From Macrostomum hystrix (Eukaryota > Animalia > Platyhelminthes): a stretch of 64,000 nucleotides of DNA. The DNA lies in contig CATNEN010000015.1 of assembly GCA_950097015.1 (NCBI GenBank), positions 248,001-312,000 on the forward strand, written 5' to 3'. Shown in pieces: positions 43,761 to 56,600 of this stretch (within the stretch, counting starts at the first letter, position 1; each line of letters opens with the position of its first letter). The notes under the pieces are model-generated. The model was not told the DNA's origin. It saw only the letters and a list, made by a program, of their open reading frames with translations, and did no database searches. The translations under genes were made by a program, and so were the position numbers.

Positions 43761-45157
43761 TGCATGCAGAAAGGGAGAGAATCCGAGGGACATGATGGTA
43801 GGTCTATGCTATGACGAAATATATTTGAGCGCGTGCAGTGACTAAGTGGCTGTCATAGCTCAATTTTCCTCAGAACTTATTAGTACATTTTCTCCATCTG
43901 TCTGACAACTTACCATTCAGAGTTTGAAGACCACGGTTTAAAAATATTCATATTGGTTGCATATTGTTTCTTTTGTATTCGCAACTAGAGTGACAGCTTC
44001 AAATTTGGACTCTCGTTAGGAAAGTTAACAGTAGGACTACCTGGCCATCTTCTCGCCCATTTTTATACCAAGAAAAAAATTACCAAGGAAAAATCCCCCG
44101 CTGACTATTCTTTGCTGAATCCGAACGGAGAAACGCAAGCACACGAAGCTCAAGTACACGGGCCAACGTTTTATTGCGCATCTTCTGAATCAAAAGTCGC
44201 CAGCCCTTCAGACCATCGGGATAGGTCATCGGCTCTGGCCGAGGGTCAGCTTTTTCCAATAAGAGCTGGAAAATTTCATACCCGTATAAACGAGCTCGCT
44301 CTGCGCCTCAGTGCAGCCTTGCCAAGCCTTCAAACTTTATCAGCTCATCACCTGAATGTTCCTGCATCATCTCCAACTTCGGTAGTCATGCATCTTTATC
44401 TAGACGGAGCTGCTGAACCTTCAACGAGTGCAACCAGCCAAATATGGACACACTGATAAAAATTTCTCCCATTTCACTGATCGAGCCTTAATATGGGACA
44501 ACGCTCAACCACAGGATCCTCGCCCAGTGCGTCAACCAATCAGTCACAACCGAGTAGAAAGCTGGTCAACACACCATTCTGTTGAACCCTGGTGAGATCC
44601 AGTGAGATGAGCATCCAAAAAGCCGATTTAGCACAGCTGCAGACGAAGACACCTCATTTTGTTTCTACTTTCTGCACGAGAGAGACGTCTTGGTCGAAAA
44701 GTTTTTCCTGCAGCTTAGCTAAAGAGAAGTTGAAATAAAAGGTTCGGAGTGGCAAGAGGTTTTTGCAGCCGCTAGCATGCAAAAACATGAGACAATAAAT
44801 TTCAACAATGGGAGATAGGAGACACAAATCGTATCCCTTCGGCTGAGATTCGAACTGAAGTCCAGCCAGAGCCAGAAGTCCAAGGGAGCTGAGGGAGCTT
44901 ACAGTACATCGCTCGCTAAGGCGCAAATAATCGCAATGTACAACATTTTTGTTGGTTTGCGACTAGTTGATCACACTGCTAAGCCTCTTAAAGTTCGGTC
45001 TCTAAATCACAGTAAAGAATTATTGAGATTCCATAGCCGTATTAATTAGTTAAAGAAGGACGCCACACGCGATTTGGTTCGTGGTTCCGATAATCGTTGG
45101 TGCACACACAATGTTCGTGCTCCAGCGTCTGCACGAATTCAAAAGCTTGTCTCAGGC

Positions 45158-46062
45158 TCAGCCGCGGACGAAGAACTCGCCGCTGCCGGCGCTGTCGAGA
45201 GCAGCTGGCACCACTGCGAACTCCAGCAGGTGGCAGAGGCCCTGCTCATGGTTGAAGACCACCGCCTCGCAGCCGACACTGCACAGGATGAGGCACTCGA
45301 TAGGTCCACGAGCTTTGAGACTCCACAAGGCCGGCGCATTCGGCTTGCTGATGCCGACCAGGGTGCGGTTGCCGAGGACAAAGCCTGTGATTGAATGGGG
45401 GAGACTCAGGAATTGACTCAGGCACAGTAAAAAAGAGCACCATTTGTTTGTGAACTCAAAGCTAGGTATGTAAAAGCAAAGCTAACGATAGTATATTTCG
45501 AAACACACAGATGTTCGCCTCAGCTTGCTGAAACCATAATCGTAACAGACTTCCGGCTTTGTGTGTTGAAAAGTACAAAGTTGCAGTAAAGAAGCAGCTC
45601 ACAGTCACTGCAGATGTAGTTCAGCTTGAGCACGAAGTTTCTGTAGTTAGCTCCGCAGTTCTGGGTTGCATTGCCTGAGCATGCCGAATTACAGTCAGTG
45701 CTGGCAGCGCTGCCCTGCCGGCCATAGACGTTGCCACAAAAGCACCACTCCCCGGACTGCAGCGCAATGTACTGGAAGCCGCCCAGAGCGCACACGCTAC
45801 CGCAGAGGTCGTGGGTCATTGTGGAACTGCGCACAGACACATTGGACTGGAAGTTCTCGTATGTTCCCTGCTGCAGGCTGGCTTGGCCAAACCGGTTGAA
45901 GCCGAAGTCTTTCAGCTCGTTGACGTCTCTTCCGCCAGTCGTCAGGTCGATGAAGCATCCGACACTCGTGAGCTGGAACTGCCTGGCAACAGTTGCTGAG
46001 AGCGCACAGGCCAGGGTTAGAGTCGCAGCGAAAAATATTTTTCTGGAGCTTTCAACGGGCAT
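45158..46062 (-). CDS. Secreted WSC-domain + PAN/apple-like protein, copy 2. Exons 46062-45603, 45384-45158
   Basis: Same structure as copy 1, with a 218-nt intron and an intact frame. Confidence 0.86.
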
Positions 46063-47069
46063 TTCTGATTGATTGCTTAAATTTCTGGCGACGGAACTTC
46101 TGAATTAGACGATGACAATAGACAAGTACTTTTATGCTGGTAGTTGGGAAGGAGATCACTGATTGGTGGTTGCGATAGCAAGTCTGGTTCACGCATCCAG
46201 GAAGTGAGGATTTCATCCTGCTACTACAAGTACCAACAACTCTGATAAGTGTATTTCTGAATCACTTTCGCATGAGCTGCGCACATGATTGAACGAGCTG
46301 CAGAACAACTTGATTGAATCTGCCTATACATATTGACAGCTCCAAACCTATTGTGTCAACTTTAGGTTTTTTGACAAAAGAATATATTTCAAAGAATGCC
46401 GCTTTAAACTTATCAGCAACTCTGGGGGAGCGCTTCAGGTCCTTGTTTGGGCTAGAAAGGAAAAGCTGTCTTTCTTTCGTTTCATTTGGCCCCGTCTTTC
46501 TTTCGTCATCTTTGTTTACACAAGGGCTACTAGAAATTTCAAATTCTATGGTGATCCTTGAGGTGTCGCTGATAAATTTATTTTGACAATCGCTTGTGCT
46601 GTGTTGGTAAGCACTTAAGCACATTGAGTTCTGCTGGGTTCACGGAGACAAAGCTGGTTCTCGTAGGCTTTCGCGCATCTAAGATTCCTATTTTTCTCGA
46701 TTATTCGCTGGAGTGCTTCAGTTTTTCTTTAAGAGCTGTGACAAAATCATTGTGAGCAGTGACTAAGTGGCACTTGACTTTTGTCATTGCTTACTTTTCC
46801 TCTGAACTTTTTTGCACAGTTTCTCCATCTTAGTCAGGAAATATTTCTTTCAGAGTTTGACGGCCCCATCAAGCAAAATATAGTGTATTTTGTACTTGTA
46901 ATCAGAGCGAAAACTTCAACTTTGGACTCTCTTAAGGAAAGTTAAGCTTCACTCATGACATCACATGGGAGAATTGACTAGAGAACTTCTACTTTCGAGG
47001 TGGCATTCAGAGAAGCAGCTCAAAGTTCCTTGATGCCTATACTCGTATTTGTGCACTGAAAACCACCGT

Positions 47070-47323
47070 GTTGGTGGTTTGCGACTAGTTGATCACACTG
47101 CTAAGCCTCTTAAATTTCGGTCTCTAAATCACAGTAAATAATTATTGAGATTCCATAGCCGTATTGATTAGTTAAACAAGGACTCCACACGCGATTTGGT
47201 TCGTGGTTCCGTTAATCGTTGGTGCACAATGTTCGTGCTCCAGCGTCTGCACCGCATTCAAAAGCTTGTCTCAGGCTCAGCCGCGCGGACGAAGAACTCG
47301 CCGCTGCCGGCGCTGTCGAGAGC
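47070..47323 (-). pseudogene. Truncated third copy of the WSC-PAN gene (3' flank and end of last exon only)
   Basis: Matches about 44950-45203 with a 2-bp insertion (CCGCGCGG) and a short internal deletion; the homology breaks abruptly at 47323. Confidence 0.85.
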
Positions 47324-48700
47324 ATGAATTATTGAGGGGAAAGCATAAATTATCGAGGGGTAGAGGGTATCACTGGCTTGCATAAATTATCGAGGGGGGT
47401 AGCTATTTATCTATTTATCGAAAGGGTTAGGGTGTATTTTCGAAGGGGTTGCATTACTTACCGAGAGGGTCGCATGTGTGATATTTTTCTCTTTGCTTTG
47501 AGATTCCTAAATGAGGTCGGGTGTCCTACTCTTTGCGAGAGATTCTATTGCCGTAACTCGAAAATAACGAAGACAAGACGATTCAAAAGTCCAAGCTAAA
47601 CAGCTGATATTTAAGTGTTAATTAGTTCATAAGAGAAAGCTATGAATGATTAATTCCCCTGGCAGCGCTCTTTCCGTCCCCAGCCAGGTACTGTACTTAA
47701 TTCAATTTAATATTCACAATTCGCACTGGTAATTTACTAACAAAATCTCGACAACCTCAGCACAAGAACAACAACGCGACTCTACTCGATAATGCTCTGA
47801 ACAATAACAATAACTCACGAAACTAACACGACAATTAACACAAATAACTCCTAGACAAAACAGAAAGTCCCTATGACAAAACAAGACAAATAACACGAAA
47901 CCTAAGCCAAAGTCCCTAGTCTGAAACCGAGGCGACCAGCAAGCACTTCCGCACAATGGCACAACGATAGTTCTATCGTGCCACACCTAATGTCAATTCG
48001 ACGGCGTCCCACCGATGATTGTCGGCGATATGGAGAGTACTTCCGTGCTTGCCAATCCCTGTCTAACACTCCGTCAGCAGTTGGCCAGACGTGCCGAGCT
48101 CAGCGCAAGCTACTTACTGACGTGGGATTGAGTGTGGGGTTTTCTTCGACTAGCTAGTTGGACCGGTTTACCTGTCCCGGTATCTATTACTCGTAGGATG
48201 CGTAACAATGCGGAAAAGAACGATTGGAACGAAACGAAACGATACGAACGAACGACACGATAGGAACAAAACGACAACGCAATAGTCAGTTATATAGTCA
48301 AACGCCCGCCCCAGCCCCCATCAAAGCCCGGGTGCCGGCCGCGCCGCTTGTTCCACTGCCAGGTCGACCCTGCCGGTTAACGAACTGGCCGCTGATTGGC
48401 CCGGCCCGGGGTGTCGCGCTTAAGTCGGGTCGCATCAAATTGGCTAGCCGCCCTCCTATTGGCTGGGCCCACCAGACTGGGGTTAGTCCGATGCCTTGGC
48501 TGAACAGCAGGGTGACCGGCCGGTCGCGTGTTTAGGCCTGGCTGGGGCGCGCATGTACAAACAACAAACCTATAACATACATTATAATAATTCATTAATA
48601 TTGACGTGCGCGAATAAGTTACTTCAAGTAGAAATATACGCATTATAAAATAAACATGCCGACACTACACATGGTTTATCGAGGGGCAGCATGATATATT
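47324..48700. mobile_element. Unclassified insertion truncating WSC-PAN copy 3
   Basis: Abrupt junction. The motif TTATCGAGGGG recurs at about 47351, 47386 and 48677; there is an internal hairpin at 47957-47983. No coding similarity recognised. Confidence 0.4.
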
Positions 48701-49007
48701 GAGCATGCTCGAAGCTGTGTGCTGAATTTTATTCTAGTTCTGAATCTGATAATTCTTGCAGCTATGCTTAAAAAATGTTCTTTGTTTTAGCGCTAAAGCT
48801 AAAGCTACGTATGCTCGATCAGTATTCGTCGAATAAATAATAATTATAATAAAATGAACTTTTGTTAATCCAATAACGCTTAAAGCAATGCTCAAAAAAA
48901 GAAAAATTATAAGTGAATTGCGCTCTTAGCTGGGCTTAATATTTTTGTTGCAGTTCTGAAGCTGATAACGCTTGCAGCTATGCTTAAAAATATTTCATTA
49001 GTTTTAG

Positions 49008-49870
49008 TATCAAATAAAACTTGCTGCTTCACTCGAAAAAGACTTCTGCCTAGCAGACGTTTCTCAGTCCGATGCTGTTGCAACGCAGCTAGCGGCTCGC
49101 GGTTGGCGGTGGCCACTGCAGACCCTTGTTTAAATATCTGCCTGTATGAGATCAACGGCAGGTGCGAACTGGTTGCAGCCAAGCAGATCTTCACACCTAA
49201 AGGCGATTCCAACTTGTCAGTCTGTCTGGCCAGGGAGGCTCCAGTCATTGCAGTGACCTACAGCCGTCCTCTCGCTGACAGCAGCACTGTTGGGTACTTG
49301 TGGCAATTCTTGGAAAGCCCCGACGTTGGAAGCGTCGTTCAATTGACCATGTCGGACGTCCAGAACACAAGGTTCACAGCTGCAGCAGCTCCGTGCCTCA
49401 CCCACAATGGATCTCATCTTGTGGCGGTCAGCGAAGCTCATGCAACAACTCGTCTGTGCGTCTGGTCCACAGCTGACGGTGCATTGGTTTGTCAGCTGGC
49501 CTGTCAGATGCCGGATCTGCTGCTCCCGCTGGATTCGGCCTCAGCTTCCGCTGCGTTTCTAAAGATTGATCTGCCTAGCCGGAGGCTGCAGGCGGTGATG
49601 CGGCTGCCAACACTGCAGACTGGTCAGGACATTCTGGCGGGTCCCGGAATGGCGAAGCGAGTCGCGGTTGAAGCCGGACTTAAGAAGGCCTTGACAAACT
49701 GCGATGAGCTGCTGATGCTGCTGCTGCTGCAGACTCCAGGCGGCCAGCAGGGCGACAGCCAATCCACTTTCACCCAGCACTCACCCAATCAGATGCAACA
49801 GCCAATCCACTTTCACCCAGCTCTCAGCCAATCAGATGCAGCAGCCAGTCCACTTTCACTTAGCTCATAA
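49008..49870 (+). CDS. Possible exon of a beta-propeller-like protein of unknown family
   Basis: Long non-repetitive open frame with beta-strand-like segments (RLAVATAD, NGSHLVAV, RLCVWSTADGALVCQL). Boundaries are uncertain and the 3' end runs into a CCAAT-rich repeat. Confidence 0.4.
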
Positions 49871-49985
49871 CCTATCCGATGCAACAGCCAATCCGCTGCC
49901 ACCCAGCTCTCACCCACTGCGATGCAACAGCCAATCCACCCAGCAATCAACCAATCCGCTGTCACACAGCTCTCACCCAATCAGA
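49755..49985. repeat. Degenerate ~43-bp repeat rich in CCAATC
   Basis: CAGCCAATCCACTTTCACCCAGCTCTCACCCAATCAGATGCAA-like units, about 5 copies. Confidence 0.7.
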
Positions 49986-50598
49986 TCAATCAAGCAATGA
50001 AATCAATATAATTAGATTTGAGCATGACTTTATTGTCACGAGTACATTTTTTTCTCTTATTTTCGAAACGCATTTTGAAGTTTTTTTTCACAATAGTACG
50101 ACAGCATATGTGCTTAACCTTTTGAATTTCTCAGTGCCTTTAAGCCAGATTTCTGCAATACTTTACTGTCACTCAGTCAAGATTTTTCTTGGTTTTCATC
50201 AGAATACACGCTGCTGAATTTGCATTCCAACATAATTCTAATAAATTTAGTCAAAAAAAGAAAACCAAGGCAATTTTATGCTTCTGTTAGAGTGTGAGGG
50301 CAATTGGCTACTGCTAGTACTACGTCGAGTGTAGATTGTATTTGTAATGGGCGCACAATCGGAGGAACATGACCTGGGTAGGCGCAACAGAAAAGCATGT
50401 GGGATCTAAGCAGCTTGGGATCTAATCTAATAAGGAATCTGGAGACTATGCAGGTGGGATAATGAATGCTAGAGGGATAAATTTAATCTAATTTGATCTC
50501 TAATTGAGACTAAACTTATTTTAGAGATGAGAATCGAATATTTCTGTCAGCTATCTGGGGACATTGTCTATGGTCAGAACTGACTGTCTGCAGCCGCT

Positions 50599-51984
<1,386 letters not shown>

Positions 51985-52014
51985 CTAAGGGGCGAGGGAA
52001 ACAAAGCGATTTGG

Positions 52015-53015
52015 AGGGGGAATGAAGGGATAGGGAGGGAAAATGAAGGGATAGGGAGGGAAAATGAAGGGATAGGGAGGGGGAATGAAGGGATAGGGAG
52101 GGGGAATGAGAGGATAGGGAGGGGGAATGAAGGGAGAGGGAGAGGGAAATGAAGGGATTAGGAGAGGAAAAGGAAGGGATAGGGAGGGAAATTGAAGGGA
52201 TAGGGAGGGAAAATGAAGGGATAGGGAGGGGGAATGAGAGGATAGGGAGGTGGAATGAAGGGATAGGGAGGGGGAATGAGAGGATAGGGAGGGAAAATGA
52301 AGGGATAGGGAGGGGGAATGAAGGGATAGGGAGGGAAAATGAAGGGATAGGGAGGGGGAATGAAGGGATAGGGAGGGAAAATGAAGGGATAGGGAGGGGG
52401 AATGAGAGGATAGGGAGGGAAAATGAAGGGATAGGGAGGGGGAATGAGAGGATAGGGAGGGAAAATGAAGGGATAGGGAGGGGGAATGAAGGGATAGGGA
52501 GGGAAAATGAAGGGATAGGGAGGGGGAATGAGAGGATAGGGAGGGGGAATGAAGGGATAGGGAGGGGGAATGAGAGGATAGGGAGGGGGAATGAGAGGAT
52601 AGGGAGGGAAAATGAAGGGATAGGGAGGGGGAATGAAGGGATAGGGAGGGGGAATGAGAGGATAGGGAGGGAAAATGAAGGGATAGGGAGGGGGAATGAA
52701 GGGATAGGGAGGGAAAATGAAGGGATAGGGAGGGGGAATGAGAGGATAGGGAGGGGGAATGAAGGGATAGGGAGGGGGAATGAGAGGATAGGGAGGGAAA
52801 ATGAAGGGATAGGGAGGGGGAATGAGAGGATAGGGAGAGGGAAATGAAGGGATTAGGAGAGGAAAAGGAAGGGATAGGGAGGGAAATTGAAGGGATAGGG
52901 AGGGAAAATGAAGGGATAGGGAGGGGGAATGAGAGGATAGGGAGAGGGAAATGAAGGGATTAGGAGAGGAAATTGAAGGGATAGGGAGGGAAATTGAAGG
53001 GATAGGGAGAGGGAA
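52015..53015. repeat. 21-bp purine-rich minisatellite (GAAGGGATAGGGAGGGGGAAT)
   Basis: Direct inspection; lies between TPI and the PCF11-like gene. Confidence 0.95.
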
Positions 53016-53694
53016 TGAAGAGGAGAGAAGGGTCGCGGAGAAAATATGATAATAGGGACGAATGTTGGGATTTTACTTCTCTCTCAAATGAAGGAGGAGA
53101 GGGAAATGAAGGGATGAAGTCGGAGGTCACCCGCTAAAATGACCAAGTGGGCTTTTAAAAACCGAGAGAATCTGCAAAAGAAAAGTAAAAGTACATGTTG
53201 CATAGCAAGGACTGACGCAGACTGGCAAACAAAGTATTTAACATGCTGTTTATGTGATGTCGGCAGCTGAGCGAATGGGTGAGTAACATTTACAAAAAAA
53301 TGGAACAAGGATTTAACGAAAGAATATTGAAGTCATTTGCCTAGTTGCACTGCCGAGCAGTCAGTGGCATTCATGATAGTACATAAGAATAAAAGCGCGC
53401 ACAGAGAGCCAAACAGAGAGCACGAGTCCACGGACAGACAGGAAAAACAGGGGACAAGTTGTCCAGGTTTTATTAAAATTCAAATTCAACACACAAAAAG
53501 TTTATCGACATCAACTACTTGTCTTAGGGGAAATGCAGCTACTGCTGAAGGTACCGAGACTGCTCGCGAAATGGTAGATGTCAGTGACAGGCGTGATTGA
53601 CAAGCGTGATTGACATGTGTGAGGGACAGATGTGAGTGGCAGGTGTGAGTGGCAGATTTGATTGACAGGTGTGATGCGGAGCCAGCTGCAGTTG

Positions 53695-56600
53695 CTAAGG
53701 CGGCGAAGGCGGCGGAGCTCTAAGGACGGTGTGCGCAGCGGGCGGCATCCAGCCGCGCCACCGCCGGTAGAGAGTGGACTGGCGCCGGTAGCGGCTGAGG
53801 CAGGCGGCGGAGTGGCGGCCGAAGGAGCCGGGGTCCGGGTAGCGCAGGCCGCAGATGCCGCACTGCTCGGGCGGTCCGTACAGAGCCTCCAGCACGTAGG
53901 GATTGCGGGCCCGCCACAGCCAGATGTCGTAGTCGGCGAAGCGCCTCACCCAGGGCTCCGGCTCCGGCTCGGCCGGCTCCGGCGATGACACCGGCGATCG
54001 AGGCGACGGCGGCGGCGACTTAGGGCCCTCTTCGTCCTGGTCTTCGGGCTGGCCGGGCTCGAGTTTGACTGGCGCCTCCTCCGGCTGCTGCTCCGCTGTC
54101 TCCGCTGAAGTCTGACTGGCACTAATGAGGCCGGTCTCAACCAGTTTGTCAAACAGGCTGGCCAGCTGGCTGGGATTCGAGCCGCTGACCTCACTAGGGA
54201 GAGCGAGCCCTGGCTGCTGCTGCTGCTGCGGAGCTGCGACTGGCGGCTGCTCTTCATCCTGATGCTGAAAAGAAGGTAAGAAAAATAAGTCTAACAATCT
54301 TAAATCTCACCCAGGAGGACAATCTCAAATCTCAGCGAAGCGAAGCGAATACTCAGCGAAGAGAAAAGTATCAAATCTCACCCTAGAGAACAGTATCCAA
54401 ATCTCACCCTAGAGAAAAGTATCAAATCTCACCCTAGAGAACAGTATCCAAATCTCACCCTAGAGAACAGTATCCGAATCTCACCCTAGAGAACAGTATC
54501 AAATCTCACCCTAGAGAACAGTATCCAAATCTCACCCTAGAGAACAGTATCCGAATCTCACCCTAGAGAACAGTATCCAAATCTCACCCTAGAGAACAGT
54601 ATCCAAATCTCACCCTAGAGAACAGTATCCAAATCTCACCCTAGAGAACAGTATCCAAATCTCACCCAAGAGAACAGTATCCAAATCTCACCCAAGAGAA
54701 CAGTATCCAAATCTGACCCTAGAGAACAGTATCCAAATCTCACCCTAGAGAACAGTATCCGAATCTCACCCTAGAGAACAGTATCCAAATCTCACCCTAG
54801 AGAACAGTATCCAAATCTCACCCTAGAGAACAGTATCCGAATCTCACCCTAGAGAACAGTATCCAAATCTCACCCTAGAGAACAGTATCCAAATCTCACT
54901 CTAGAGAACAGTATCCGAATCTCACCCTAAAAAACAGTATCCGAATCTCACCCTAGAGAACAGTATCCAAATCTCACCCTAAAAAACAGTATCCGAATCT
55001 CACCCTAGAGAACAGTATCCAAATCTCACCCAAGAGAACAGTATCCAAATCTCACCCTAGAGAAAAGTATCCAAATCTCACCCAAGAGAACAGTATCCAA
55101 ATCTCACCCTAGAGAAAAGTATCCGAATCTCACCCTAGAGAACAGTATCCAAATCTCACCCTAGAGAACAGTATCCAAATCTCACCCTAGAGAACAGTAT
55201 CCGAATCTCACCCTAGAGAACAGTATCCAAATCTCACCCTAGAGAACAGTATCCAAATCTCACCCTAGAGAACAGTATCCGAATCTCACCCTAAAAAACA
55301 GTATCCGAATCTCACCCTAGAGAACAGTATCCAAATCTCACTCAAGAGAACAGTATCCAAATCTCACCCTAGAGAAAAGTATCCAAATCTCACCCAAGAG
55401 AACAGTATCCAAATCTCACCCTAGAGAAAAGTATCCAAATCTCACCCTAGAGAACACTATCCAAATCTCACCATAGAGAACAGTATCCAAATCTCACCCT
55501 AGATCACAGTATCCAAATCTCACCCAGGAGGAAAATCTCAAATCTAATCCTAGAGAACAGTATCCAAATCTCACCCTAGATCACAGTATCCAAATCTCAC
55601 CCTAGAGAACACTATTCAAATCTCACCCTAGAGAACAGTATTCAAATCTTACCCTAGAGAACAGTATCCGAATCTCACCCTAGAGAACAGTATCCAAATC
55701 TCACCCTAGAGAACACTATTCAAATCTCACCATAGAGAACAATATCCGAATCTCACCCTAGAGAAACGTATCCAAATCTCACCATAGAGAACAGTATCCA
55801 AATCTCACCCTAGATCACAGTATCGAAATCTCACCCAGGAGGAAAATCTCAAATCTCACCCTAGAGAACAGTATCCAAATCTCACCCTAAAAAACAGTAT
55901 CCGAATCTCACCCTAGAGAACAGTATCCAAATCTCACCCAAGAGAACAGTATCCAAATCTCACCCTAGAGAAAAGTATCCAAATCTCACCCAAGAGAACA
56001 GTATCCAAATCTCACCCTAGAGAAAAGTATCCAAATCTCACCCTAGAGAACACTATCCAAATCTCACCCTAGAGAACAGTATCCGAATCTCACCCTAAAG
56101 AAACGTATCCAAATCTCACCATAGAGAACAGTATTCAAATCTCACCCTAGATCACAGTATCCAAATCTCACCCAGGAGGAAAATCTCAAATCTAACCCTA
56201 GAGAACAGTATCCAAATCTCACCCTAGATCACAGTATCGAAATCTCACCCAGGAGGAAAATCTCAAATCTCACCCTAGAGAACAGTCTCAAATCTAACCC
56301 TAGAGAACAGTATCCAAATCTCACCCTAGAGAACAGTATCCAAATCTCATCCTAGAGAACAGTATCCAAATCTCACCCTAGAGAACAGTATCCAAATCTC
56401 ACCCTAAAGAACAGTATCCAAATCTCACCCTAGAGAACAGTATTCAAATCTCACCCTAGAGAACAGTATTCAAATCTCACCCTAGAGAACAGTATCCAAA
56501 AATCTCACCCTAGAGAACAGTATCCAAATCTCACCCTAGAGAACAGTATCCAAATCTCACCCTAGAGAACAGTATCCGAATCTCACTCAGGAGGACAATC

